64,000 nt of DNA from Camelus dromedarius (taxonomy: Eukaryota), in NCBI RefSeq assembly GCF_036321535.1, contig NC_087438.1, positions 1,800,001 through 1,864,000 of the forward strand, given 5' to 3'. The notes under the pieces were generated by a model. It saw only the letters and a program-made list of their open reading frames with translations, was not told the origin of the DNA and ran no database searches. This document shows positions 46,372 through 58,680 of this stretch, piece after piece. Numbering within the stretch: the stretch's first letter is position 1; each line of letters opens with the position of its first letter. A program made the translations under genes and the position numbers.

Positions 46372-49300
46372 GGCCGTCCCTGCGCCCTGGACCTGCGGCC
46401 GGGCAGCCTCTGCTCGGGGTTCTGTCCCCAGCACTCACAGGAAAGGAGGCATTTGGCTTTAGAGTCAGGCTCTGGACAAGAACGTGGAATTTCCCGGCGG
46501 GCATTCTGGGGACCCCGGGAGCCGCTGAGCATCTGCACGCCCCGGGATTTCTTCCAGCCCTCTTTCCTTCTGTCCCTGTAAACAGCGACAGCAGATCAGA
46601 CCGAACCCGGCAGGCTCAAGCCGGCTTGGGAAGGCCAGCTGGGTTTTCTGGAATGTGCATAAAACAGGAGCTGGGTGTCCAAGCTGGGGCCACTGGGAGG
46701 ACCTGAGTGGTGGAGCCTCCCCGCAGGCCCAGCCCGGCCCTTCAGATTCTGGCTTCAACAGCATCCTTTTAACCTTGTCAGCGTGCCTGTGGGGGTGTCC
46801 AGTCTGCAAACGTCCACACGTGCAGCAGGCAACAATTGAGGTGCTAACAGATAAGGTGAGTCAAATAAGTCAGCGAGCCACCTGGGATGAAGAAAGCTCT
46901 CATTTTCATTCCTGTCCTGAGTTGCCAGACTCCATACTTCACCTGTTTGCTCAGAGATGGTGTTTCTCTCGGCCTCCCTCTTGTCTTTAGCTCAACACTT
47001 TATGCGAATGAAAACTGAAGAACTGGACTTCAACATCAAGGAGGGCTGTTTATGACTACTTAAAATTTAATTTTATAACTATTTGCCATAAATACAACTT
47101 TATGTAAATAAGCATTCCACCGGCCACTTCACCTTCCCTATTGCAGACATTTTCGTACCTTGTAACTTTGGCACAGTTTGCAAAACATCCTGTGCTGGCC
47201 TCTGTCCCACCAGGCCCTGCCCTCCCCCCCCCCCCCAGTTTAATTAATTTAAATGCTTATGAGTCTATACCTCGAAGTCTGTTTTAGGAGTTTTTAACTG
47301 TGTTTTGAAAATGCAAAGGACGACACTGTCAGTTGACTGAGGAAGAAGAGCAGCAGTAAGAAGTCAGTTCCGTGCCCGGGGAAAGGGGTGGAGAGAGTCA
47401 CAGGAGGCAGGGCCCTGCGCTCCTCGCGCTGGACCAGGGGGACTGAAGCCATCGGCGTGAGTGACAGCACCCCCCCATCAGCTCAGCCTGCTCCATCCCC
47501 CAGCTCTCTGAGCCTCGATTTCTTCAGCTGTGAGACAGGGAGAGAGAGGGCAGTGACCACGCGACCTCACGCACGTGGCGTGGACAGGAAGCACGTGGGG
47601 GGTGTGGCCTGGCAGGGAGGCGGGCTCGCTCAGCCAAGTGAGCCTTTGTGACTCGGTTTCTCCTGGCCAGTGTCCCTCACAGAGACACAGGTCTCCCACA
47701 AAGTTTGCTGAAGGCTTCAGAGAGGATATTTTTGATACGTTTTGAATAGTTTTGAGGGATGTAGATTCACAAAAAACATTGCAAATTGTTGGTCACTTCA
47801 GTGATATTTGATGAGTCCCGTGCATCTTGATTTGGACTTGGGGGAAGTCCACGCAGAGAGGAGGGAGGAGCAGAGGGTGCGCCCCGCCTCTGGTGTTTGG
47901 GGCTGAGTCCCGGACAGGCAGCCCTGAGGCTCATGCCTCTGCTGCGATTTGAAAGACTTGGTTTGGACTAGAAATACGTCCCTGGGTGACGCGGTCAGCG
48001 GGTGAGCCCCAGGTCACCCAGCGGAAGGCAGTGAGGAGGAGGGGTTATGTCAACGGTTTTTCCTGTTTCCCCAGAAATTCCTGTTGGATTCTAACCATGA
48101 ACTTTTTCTCTAATCCAGTTTCCGTGCTCTTCTCTTGGTGAAGTTCCTGGGCTGGCCTCAGGGTGTTGGCCCACGTCTTGTCGCTTCTCAGGGGATCAGT
48201 ACAACTATCCAACATCTGCAGAACCCGGAATAATCTTGCTCGCTACCAAGAGACCCTGGAGGTTGGCAGATCCCCCCCAGAAAAACTTTAAAGCTTGATG
48301 GACTTTAGACAAAGATGACTTTATAATATCCTCGACTTGTTCTGTTTATAAAGATAATAAGTGGTCATAGGTCCCTATGTTCCAGCTGTGCTGAGAGTCT
48401 AGTCACTTTGCTATTACCCGAGTCGCACATTTGCTTTACTTTCCTCAGGAAACGTGGGTGTGCCCCTGGGTGTGTCACGCCCGCTTTGCATGGTTGTGGT
48501 TCTATTCCATTTTTATTTCTTGGTTCACAGCCTCTCCTCTCGCTTTGCACTGCCCTTAATGTTGAGCAGCAGTTGTGCTGGGAGCCATCATCCGCAGCCT
48601 GGCACGCTGCCTCCTGGGTGTGTAAGTGTTCGTTCCCCGGAGCGCCCAGGGCTCCATCAGGGCTCAGTCTGCTCCTCGGAACCCTTGCCGTGTGGTGGGA
48701 CTGTCGTGTATCTTCTCTGTGCTGCCGTCATTGCTGGGGAAAGACCGCGCAGAGACGCGTGATCCTTTTTCTTCTGGGTCCCCTGGGGCTGCTTCACTAG
48801 GACTCCCCAACAATCACCAGGTCTGAGACACAGCATGGGGCAGAGGGGCCAGGATGGTGGCGCCTGGTGTCTGAGGCTGCGAGAGGTCCCTGTCGGTCCT
48901 TGCCTGGTCACCTGTCCAGCTGCTGACACCAAAGGGAGCTGTCCACAGCTTAGGAGGGTCCCAGTCTCAGATCTGGGGAGAGCACCCCAGAAGCCAGTGT
49001 GAACTGGGGGTACTGAGCCTCTGACCCTGAGTGAGCATCTCTTCCCACCAGCTCACCCCTAGTCCGCCCTTCCTCCGAGCTCCCGCCCGACACCTGCATC
49101 CGTCTGGCCTCCATCCTTTCCACTTGGTCCTGCCAGGAGGAGATGCTCGCCTGGCTCTCAGCAGCCACTGGCCACCAAAGAGCGTCATAAGACAAAGAAA
49201 AAAGGGCGAAAAAGAGGAAACCACTGCCAAAAAAAATAGGCAAGAAAGGGGAATCTTTTCTAATTAGAAATAGAAGTAGGTGAGCAGGTCAGATGAAGCG

Positions 49301-49499
49301 CACGTGCGAAAGCAGTTTTTTGGGGGCTCCCAGCAGGACTGCGCTCAGGCTCCATGGTGCTCGCTCGGCCTGCACAGGGAGGTCAAAGGCTGTGCCGTTT
49401 CGTTTGTTTCCTCTCGAAATTGGTTGGGTTAAAAAAAAGTACAGAAACAAATAAGTAAATTATATATAAATATATTTCTATACATATTTGCATATTCAC

Positions 49500-50290
49500 A
49501 ATTATTTTTTACCTTAACTTCATAGTGGCTGGGAAAATAGATCCTGTGTAATATAATCTTTTGAAATTTGTCAAGATTTGCACAAAGGGTCATTATGTGG
49601 TCAAATTACCTTAATGTTGAATCTTGGGTTATTTATCTGATTACATGTGTGTTTGAAAATAATTTATATTCTGTTATTCTTGGAGGTAGATTTCAGGATT
49701 ATTACTTATGCTGTTCAAATATTCTGATTTTCACTGATTTTTAAAATCTGCTTATTCTGTCAATTTTAAGATCTGTGTTAAAAATCTTCTACTGTGATTA
49801 TGGATTTCTCTTTGTAATAAAATCAAATTTTGCTTTATGTATTTCAAGTTTATATTATTGAGTTCATACAAGTTTAGGTTTGTTATGCAATTTTTCAGAA
49901 ATAACTCTTTTGTTAATATGTCATAACTCCTTTCATATCTACCTGCCATTTACCTTAATATAACTGGACTAGCTTTTAGTTAATATTTTGTTTAATATTT
50001 TTTCGAATATATCTTTTTATATTCTTTTACCTACTTTTGCATCCCTATGTTTTTAATTGTCTTTCACAAAGGCTTGTAATTCATGTTTTTTCTTAACGCA
50101 GTTTGATAATCTTAGAATTTTTAATTAGAGACTTAGTCGACAGTTAGTAATTGTATTTGGTGACTTATTTAGATTTATCCCTATCATGTTGTTTTTAAGT
50201 ATGTTCCTTCCTTTTGTATGTTGCTTTTTCTGTTATCTGTTGCTCCATTTTGATTGATTGAGCACTTTTTCCTCATTCTCTCTATTAGGA
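49500..50290 (-). mobile_element. Ancient antisense L1 (endonuclease-region remnant)
   Basis: T-rich; 'gtgttaaaatcttctactgtgattatggatttctc...tgctttatgtatttcaag...tattgagttcatacaagtttagg'; ORF 49752-49949 (ITNLNLYELNNINLKYIKQNL) resembles the L1 EN domain. Confidence 0.75.
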
Positions 50291-50435
50291 AGTTGCTTTT
50301 GTCATGACGGACTCAATTATGCTTGGAATGATCATCCCCAAAGCAGAGCACTTTTAAGAAGGGAGGGAAGAATGGAACTCTTCATAATTGCACAAGGGCA
50401 ACAGAAATAAACCCTAACTGCCTTGGGAACAGTAT

Positions 50436-50610
50436 GTGACCACACTAATTATACTGCAACAACAAGCAACTTTAAATCTCGGAGAATTGACAAAAATAGT
50501 GTGCTTCTCCATCACACATCTTGCCCAACATGAGTCAGCAGGACAGACTCTGCTTATTATAGTTACTCAGGGGCGCAGCCTGACACGGGCTCTGTCTGAC
50601 CACAACGTGA
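50436..50610 (-). mobile_element. Old MaLR (MLT1K/L-like) fragment
   Basis: 'tatactgcaacaacaagcaactttaaatctc...catgagtcagcagg...ctctgcttattatagttactcagggg'. Confidence 0.5.
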
Positions 50611-50789
50611 CTCTCTTCACATTGAAACTGAAAAGTGTTACTGTCTCTCCCATCCAACTTTCACATTCCAGCCTCAACAATCTGGTGCACATGGAACTCT
50701 GATCATAGAACCTCCCCCACCTCCCCTCCCCACATCCTCCACCATCTGTAGGTTGTACACACACACAACTTCAGGGTTTCCCATGACTT

Positions 50790-51300
50790 TTTGGCAAGGG
50801 TTCAAAGTTCTTCCTCTGCCACAGGCCTTTGTGAGCTGGTTGGCATCTGCCTCTCTCTGCACCCCCACATCTTTCTCTCTGGCCAGATGGAACCACTTGT
50901 CATTCCTGTGACTCATCTCACCATCCTCCTTTTCAAGGTCCCGCTCTCCTGTCTTGCAAAGCATATCCCACACTGGCTCAAGGGCTATCTCCTGCCCTCT
51001 GAATTAGATGCCCCTTCCCAGTATGCTGGCCACAACCACAGAGTCCTCCATATCCTGGAGGAATGATTAGATGGCTTAGATGTTGACTGAAGGCTGCCTC
51101 TTACCTTGTCTCCTGGAGAACTCCAACCCATCCTTCTAGGTCAAGACTCCTCCCCAGGTCAAGTCTCCTCTTGCTCTTTCTAAAATCCTCTCAATGAAAA
51201 TAACCAGGCTTTATTGCTAACATCACTTTTTAAACTATTTGTCCTTGATCTTTCTGTTGGGTACTCAACAAATATTGACTGGATGGATAAGTCAATCAAT
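50790..51300 (+). mobile_element. LINE-2 3' fragment, diverged
   Basis: Ends 'ggtactcaacaaatattgactggatggataagtcaatcaat', like the L2 tail; upstream 'tggccagatggaaccacttgtcattcctg'. Confidence 0.45.
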
Positions 51301-51401
51301 CAGAAGGTTCAGAAGCAAAGAACACAATGTCATGGGAAATAAGAGGGAAGGTAAAGTTGAAGAAGACTACAGTAGAGTAACAAAGGTGGGAAGCGTGAGT
51401 G

Positions 51402-52190
51402 TGTGATGGACACAGAGCCTTCTTTTCAGCTGTCCCCACCAGGTGCTGGCACCTACTTCTCCACCCCTGAGTCTGAGCTTGGCCTTGTGATAGTGGGGGC
51501 AAAAAGATGTTTGCAAATATGACTCCAGCCATCTTGGAACATGCTTGTGCATTGGCCACTCGCTTCCTTTCTCTGCCCTTGGAACTGACCCCCTGATGTA
51601 AAGGAGCCTGGCCAGCCTACCAGAACCCAACATCTGGGAGAGAACCCAGGACCCAGGTGACAGCCATGCAAGGAGCTCACGCTGGACGTCCAGGCTGAGC
51701 TGTACTCACCAGAGCCCAGACCAGACTGTCAGCCCACAGAACTGTAAGCTAAGGGATAATTGGTATACTTTTCTTTTTTAAGAGGGTTATCATTAGCATA
51801 TGATGTTATGTTAGTTTCGGGTATATGAGATAGTGATTCGGTATCTTCGTGCATTATGAGTGATCACCATGATTAGACCAGTTCCCACCCATCCCCATAC
51901 ACAGTTGTGAGAATATTCTTGCTTGTATTCCTTGTACTACAGGTCACGCCCATGGCTCACCGTCTCCCAGCTGAAGGTCTGCGCCTCCTACTTCCCTTCA
52001 CATACTCCGTCCGTCTCCCTCTCTTCCTCCCCTCTGTCCACCGCCTGTCTGTTCTCTGTTTTGTGATTTGTGATTCGTGAGTCTGTTTCTGTTTTGTTTT
52101 GTTCGGTCGTTTGTTTTGTTCATTAATAATGATGGTGTTAAACTATGAAGCTTTCAGCCCCCTTGTAACACAGAGAGATCAGCTGGTACA
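51402..52190 (+). mobile_element. MaLR LTR (MLT1F-like), split by an antisense L1 fragment
   Basis: 'acttctccacccctgagtctgagcttggccttgtga...tgcttgtgcattgg...cccagaccagactgtcagcccacagaactgtaagc' resumes after ~52120 and ends 'ttgtaacacag...agctggtaCA'. Confidence 0.75.
51766..52120 (-). mobile_element. L1 3'UTR fragment, antisense (L1MA9-like)
   Basis: T-run then 'tgttatgttagtttcgggtatatgagatagtgattcgg...tgatcacca...gtgagtctgtttctgttttgttttgttc'. Confidence 0.8.
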
Positions 52191-52489
52191 GATTGTAAAG
52201 CATTAAGAAGCTGCTTGCTGTTTTGACTTATAAGTTAAAATTTAATTTAGTCAGCAATGTGAAATTAGTATAGGTCACCCTTCTCCCAGCAAAAGTGAGT
52301 TACCCTACTGAGAGTCGCTTTATTTAATATTGTTTATTTTTCTTTAATTCTCTCACCATCTACAGCCAGTTAATTCTGTCCACCTAAGGTTGTACGCCTT
52401 TAGGAGAAATGAACTTGTGGAAGTAATTAGCCATCACCTCCTGTGATGGGCTGTGTGGACCATGGGGTTTCTACCTTGTGATAGTATCC

Positions 52490-55160
52490 AAAATCCAAGA
52501 AACCATCAAATATGTGGCAATAAATCAACACACTTTTAAACAACCTGTGGGTTTAAGAAGAAATAAAAAGCAATTGGGAAATACTTTGAAATGAATAAAA
52601 ACAAACCACAACATCAAAACTGATGAGATGTAGCTAAAGAGGTATTTAGAGAAAATTTAGAGATGTAAATATCGATTTTAGAAAAGAAGAAATGTTGAAA
52701 ATCAATAATAAATAAATAAATGAATAAATCTAGATTCCTGTTTTATAAAACTATAACAAATAAAGAAAATTAAGCCCAAACCAAGTAGGAGAAAGGAAAT
52801 TATAAAAATCGCAGTGAAAATCAACAGAATAAAAAACCAGACAAACCATAGGGAAAAATCAGCGAATCTAAAAGATAATTCTTTGTGAAGACTGACAAAA
52901 ATCACAGAGGTTAGATAGAGAAGAAAAATTCCCAAATTAGTGATAAAGAAGGGATATCTTTAATGGCTTTACAGAAATTGAAAAGCTTCTAAAGGAATAT
53001 TACCACAACTTAATGCCAACATATTAGACAATGTAGATAAAATGGACAAAGTCTAAGAAATAGAAAAATATCAAATCTGACTAAAGAAGAAATAGAAAAC
53101 CTGAGTAGCCTACAACTGGTAAGGAAATTGAATCAACGATTAAAACCCTTTCCAGAAAGAAAACCCCAAGTGCAGACGGCTTCATAGAAGAATTCTATCA
53201 ACATATTAAAAAAAAAACTAATTTTACACAAATTATTCTAGAAAATACAGAAGGAAGTAACACTTCTCAATCCATTCTGTGAGGCTAGTATCAGAGTGAT
53301 ACCAAAGCCAGATAAAGACATGAAAGGAAAAAATATTACAGTATTTGTCATAAATACAGACTAAAAATACTTAGCAAAATGTTAGTAAATCAAATCCAAC
53401 AGCTTATAAAATATAACCAGGAATTTATGCCAGAACTGTTACATTGGTTTAACATCTAAAACCAATTAATGTTTTATACACACACACACACACACACACA
53501 ATGGAATAGTATTCAGCCAAAAAAAGAATAAAATAATGCCATTTGCAGTAACATGGATGGACCCAGAGTTTATCATACTAAGTGAAGTAAGTCAGACAGA
53601 GAAAGAGAAATATCATGATATCACTTATATGTGGTGTCTAAAAAAAAAAACTGATATAAACAAACTTCTTTACAAAACAGAAATAGACTCACAGATATAG
53701 AAAACAAATGTATGGTTACCAAAGGGAAAAGAGGAAGGAGGGATAAATTTAGAATTTGAGATTAACATATACACACTACTATATATGAAATAAACAACAA
53801 GGACCTACTGTATAGCACAGGGAGCTATACTCAATACATTGTAATAATCTATAATGGAAAATAATATGAAAAACAATAGACATACATATGTATAAGTGAA
53901 TCATTTTGCTGTACATCTGAAAATACAGCAAATCACCTAACTTCAATAAAAAATAAAAATTAAGAAATCAATGTAATTTACCATATTAATAGGTTAATGA
54001 ACAAAAGCCACATTGCAATCTTAATCAGTATAGAAAAAATAATTGACAAAGTCCAGCATCAATTCATGATTTTTTAAAAGCGCTCAACACAGTAAGAATA
54101 TAGACGAATTCTTCTATCTGACAAAGGAACCTGTAAGAATTCCACAACTAACATCATATTTAATGGTGAAAGACTGAATGTTTTCCTTTTAAGATCATGA
54201 AAAAGGCAAGGATGTCCACTGTCACCACTTCCACTTAATATCGAACTGGATTTTTATTATTGTTTTTAAAAAGAAATTAAAAGCATACAGATTGAAAAGG
54301 AAGAAATACAATTATTTCTATTCACAGATGACATGATCCATTACATAGAAGACCCTGAGGAACACATACCCACGACCAAACCAATAAATTTTAAAGGATC
54401 TCAAGATATACGTTCAATATGTTTAAAATCAACTTTAAATCCTCTATATTAGCAACATAGAAACTGAAAATTAAATTTAGGAAGCAATTCCTATTACCAT
54501 AGCATGAAAAGGAGTAAAGTGTTTGGAAATAACATACAACAGAAATAAAAGCTGGTACACTGAGAAGTACAAACCATTGTGAGAGAGATCAGAGAGGATA
54601 CAAATAAATGCAGAGATAGTCCACGTTTTCCTATGGGAGTCCCCAATATTAAGGTGTCAGTTCTCTTCAAATCAATCTACAGACTCAACACAATCCCTAT
54701 CAAAATGCCAGTATGCCTTTTTTATGTAAAAATTGACAAGGCGAGAAAGTTATGGTAATAAAGACAATGAGGCATTGGGCATAGGGGAGGATACATAAAT
54801 CAATGAAACAGAACTGAGAAGCCAGAAATAAACACTTCCATTATGGCCAATAGATTTTCAACAAACCAGCCAGGGCAATTCAACAGGTAAAGTATAGACT
54901 TTTCAATAAATTGTATTGGGACAATTGGAACTCAATATGCAAAAAAAAAAAAAAAAAAAAAACCCAAGAAAAATAAAACTTAGGACTTAGAAGCTTATCT
55001 CATAAAAATGAACTCAAAATGATCTTACACCTAAATTTAAGAGTTAAAATTATAAAACTTCTGGAAGACAACATTAGAAGTAATCCTTGTAACCTTGGGT
55101 TAAGGAAACATGGTTTTATTATGGCAGCAAAAGCATAATACATAAAAGAAAGAAAATAGC
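52490..55160 (+). mobile_element. Old L1 ORF2 remnant (~2.2 kb net; linker, RT and part of C-terminus), L1MB/MC-like
   Basis: 'aaagaagaaatagaaaacctgagtagcc', 'caatccattctgtgaggctagtatc', 'aaggcaaggatgtccactgtcaccacttc', 'ctattcacagatgacatgatc' (degenerate FADD), 'aatcaatctacagactcaacacaatccctatcaaaat'. Confidence 0.92.
53473..53960 (+). mobile_element. Younger L1 3' end nested in the old L1 RT region
   Basis: (CA)n 53478-53500, then 'atggaatagtattcagcc...gccatttgcagtaacatggatggacc...ggacctactgtatagcacaggg...cttcaataaaaaataaaaat'; the host reads through '...aattaatgt|aatttaccatattaa'. Confidence 0.9.
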
Positions 55161-55164
55161 TGTA

Positions 55165-57110
55165 ATCTTTAAGTTTATTTTTATTAATATTTAATTTAAA
55201 ATATTTCTAATTTCTATTTTAATTAATTTTTTGAGCTGTGAAACATTTAGAAATGAGTTGTTCAGTTTTCAAACATTTGAAGATTTTGTATTTGCCTTCT
55301 TAAATTAACCTAAGCTTAATTCTGCCATGGTCAGAATATGTGCTTTTCATTATTTCAGTTCTATAGAATAGTAGATATTTTATATGTATTAGAAAAGCGT
55401 GTGTGTCCTGTTCTTGAGTTTAGTGAGTTCATTCTATTAATTTTGTAAATCATTTGAATTATCTAAATCCTTACAGATTTTTTAATCTGCTAGTTTTATT
55501 AGTATATACCTAATAATATAGCCCCAAATTTCTGAAAAAAACAAACTAAACAAATTAAAAAACAATTCTACAATCACAGTTGCAGATTTTATTGCAAGTG
55601 TCTTAGTAGCTAATAGAACAAGTTAGGTATTGTATCTTACTCTTAGGTTGGCCATTTATCATTCTGAAATATCTTATTCTCTAGCAAACGTCTAGTCTTA
55701 AAGCCTGTTTTGCGTGACAGAATACTTACACCAGCTTTCTTTTGCTTAATTGTTGCATGGTGTATATTTTTCCAACTTTTTGCTGTCAAAAATATATATT
55801 TTCATATTTAAGGTGTATTTTTCACAGCCTCATGTAGTTTTCCCTTAATTGAGTCTGATCATCTTTTTATTGCAATATTTTGCTCATTTACATTTAGTGC
55901 GTTTTGTTTTCTTTCCTTTTTCTCTCTTCATGATTTCCTTTGAATTAAACACTTTTTAATTTTCCATTTCCCCCTCTATTTTTTGTTAGTTATGTATCAT
56001 TTTAATATCTTTTTATGGAACTCATGAGATGACAAAATGTACTCTTTAGTTTTAAGATCAACTTTAAAATAAGGCTTCTAAATCTCTTACAATGCAAGAA
56101 GCTTACAACAGTATAACTCTATTCACACATGCCCCTTATCTATGCACAGCTTTTGTGCTAGTGCTGTTCCATGCTAAAATTATACATACATATATTTTTA
56201 AGCCACCAAGATGCTATCATAATTGTTTAAGCAGCCATTATTTACATAAAACAGCCCTAAAGACGACCTTCAATGTGGGCCTGTTGCTGAACTGTGTTCT
56301 CTGGTTGTATCTGTTTGACAGCGTCTTTTATCTTCCGTACTGAAGACTTGTCTTACTTGCATTCCTGTCCTGAGCTGTAGACTGCTGGTTGGCAGTGTTA
56401 TTACCATCCCAGCACTTTACAAGATCACTGTACTTTATTTTGGTTTCTGTTGAGACGTCAGCTGGGTCCTAATGCTTGCTCCTTCAGAGGAAACCTGGCA
56501 CTTTACCTGCCTGCTTTAAAGGTCCCTCCCTGAGGCTGATTTTCAGAAGCATTACTCTGGTGTGCCTGTCTCTATTTGCCCTCCTCAGCATTTGTTTGCT
56601 TGAGGTGTGTACAGATTCATGAATTCTCAGCATGATGTCTTTTGCCAGTTTTGGAGAATATGGATTTAAAAAATGTTTTTTAATGTTTCTGCCAATTCTT
56701 TCTGTCCTGTTCTCCTGGACTCCAATTGCAGGTTAGGCTCCCATTTCTCGCCAGTTTTTTTTTTTTTTCTGTTCATTCTTCCTTGCTTCAATCTGGTTAT
56801 TTTATACTCACTGAACTTCTAGTGTACTAACCTGCTCTCCTTGCATGTTCATTTTGCTGTTAAGCACATCTTTGTAATCATAGGAAATTGGAAATCTTAG
56901 AAAGCACATCTGTGATCTTAGAAAACGTGTCTTTGTTTATCTCAGTGTTTGGAGACCCCATTGCTCTGAACTCCGTTCTCTTGGATGTGCTAATCACGGC
57001 TATTTAAACTCTCCTTCCGTTAACTCTGCGTTAACTCTGGACCACCTGGGAAGACTTTATAGTCTATTTTGCTTCTTGCTTCTTAGTCACTATGCACTGT
57101 TTTCTGCCAC
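55165..57110 (-). mobile_element. Ancient antisense L1 (EN region, inter-ORF and ORF1 remnants)
   Basis: 'ccatggtcagaatatgtgct', 'ccagctttcttttgcttaattgttgcatggtgtatatttttcc', ORF1-like 'ggttggcagtg...cccagcactttacaagatcact...ctgttgagacgtcagctg', 'gtcttttgccagttttggagaat'. Confidence 0.75.
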
Positions 57111-57719
57111 ACCTTAAATTTTTTTTCTTTCTCTTTTTTTTTTTTTTTTTTTTTTTACTGAACACCCAACATTATGAAAAGTTGTCAAAGCTCCAGGTAA
57201 CTTATGTTCCTCCAGAGACAATTTCACTTCGTTTTCCTCCAGCTGGTAGGGAGAGGTCTGGCAGCTGGCTGTGACCCAGCTGCGTCGGGTCTAGGCTTGT
57301 GGGACGTGTTTGCTTGTGATTTGTCTTCACTGTTACAGTTCCTTGGGTGAGTTTTATCAGGAGTAAAAATCTGGGGTTTTTACTAAGTACCCCACTCTGG
57401 ATACTCCAGACTCCAATTTCTGTCTGTCCAGCACCACAGCAATTCCTGGTTAACACTTTTTGCTGCTCAGCAGCTGTCTCAGCTGGATGTTTTGGTCTCT
57501 CATTCTGCCAATGTGCAGCTTAGAAATCTTCAAGTGTTTGGCAGGGAAACTGCATGGCAAGTGTCACGCCCAGCCTGCTGCCATCCCCTTACTCTCGGCT
57601 CCCGGCTGCCCCGGGAGCACTGGAGCCCACCTTTTCTTTCTGCCTCCCTGTGAGACTGCTGCTGATCCCCGGCTGATGCATTCCGACCAGCCTCTGGTCA
57701 TGCCATGTGGCAAACAGCC

Positions 57720-57915
57720 TAGGGGCAGGGGCTTAAGAGGTGCAAACCTCTGCATAGGAAATAAATAAGCTACGAGGATCGAATGTACAGCACAAGGAAA
57801 ACAGACAATATTTTATAATAAGTTTATGTGGAATATAGGATCTATAAAAAATTTGAATGACTATGTTGTACCTTAGTGTAATATTACAAACCAACTATAC
57901 GTCCATAACCATTTT
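57720..57915 (+). mobile_element. L1 3' terminal fragment (L1MA9-like)
   Basis: 'ttaagaggtgcaaacctc...aaataaataagctacgaggat...atgtacagcacaagg...caatattttataataa...aaccaactatac'. Confidence 0.8.
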
Positions 57916-57959
57916 TTAAATTTTATAATTTATAACCTTGATCACTTTAAGGATCTAAA

Positions 57960-58680
57960 AAAGAAGGCATAGAACCAAAGGAGATATTTCTAATATATAT
58001 AATGAACAAATGCATCCAAATATAGAAAAAAAATCATTACAAGTTAATTTTTTAAAAAAGAAACAACTCAATAGGTAAAACAGGAGACCCTGAACAGACC
58101 ACTTACGAATAAAGATACCTAAATGACCAAAAAAAAGAAAAATAATAGTGAAGAAGTACTCAACACCAGGTCATCAGGAAACACAAATTGCCTGGCAATG
58201 GGCTAGAACTACACAGCGGTCGTAATCGGTAACAGTGAGAGAAAAGAAAAGACGAAACACGCCAGCCGGCAGTGAGTGCTGAGCCGATGCAAAGCAGCGG
58301 GGACCTCCGTGCGCCGCTGTCGGGGTGTAAACTGATGCAGTTGTATCGAGCATTTGCACAGGGAGCACTACAAGCAGTCACACTGATAGAACCGCAGCGA
58401 CCCAGGACGATCTAATCTCCCAACATGATGTGGGACAAAAGAAGCCAGGACCACGGGGTTGTGACCCCTTTTATGCCAGGTTTAAAGATGCTTCCATCAT
58501 AAACTCTGGTGTGAGAAGTCAGGAGAGCGCCCACCTTTGCTGGGGGAGCAGGAGGCATGATTTGGAGGGAGAATGAACAGGGCTCCTGGGGGTCTGGAAA
58601 TATTCCATTTCTTAACCTGAAAATTCACTGCACTGTGTCTTCACATTGGTGTGTGCGCATTAAACTCCAGAATAAAAGGG
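57960..58680 (+). mobile_element. Ancient L1 (L1ME-like) ORF2 C-terminus and 3' end remnant
   Basis: 'aaacaactcaataggtaaaacagg...cctgaacagaccactt...tactcaacaccaggtcatcaggaaacacaaatt', 'ggggtctggaaatattccatttcttaacctg...aaattcactgcactgtg'. Confidence 0.7.
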
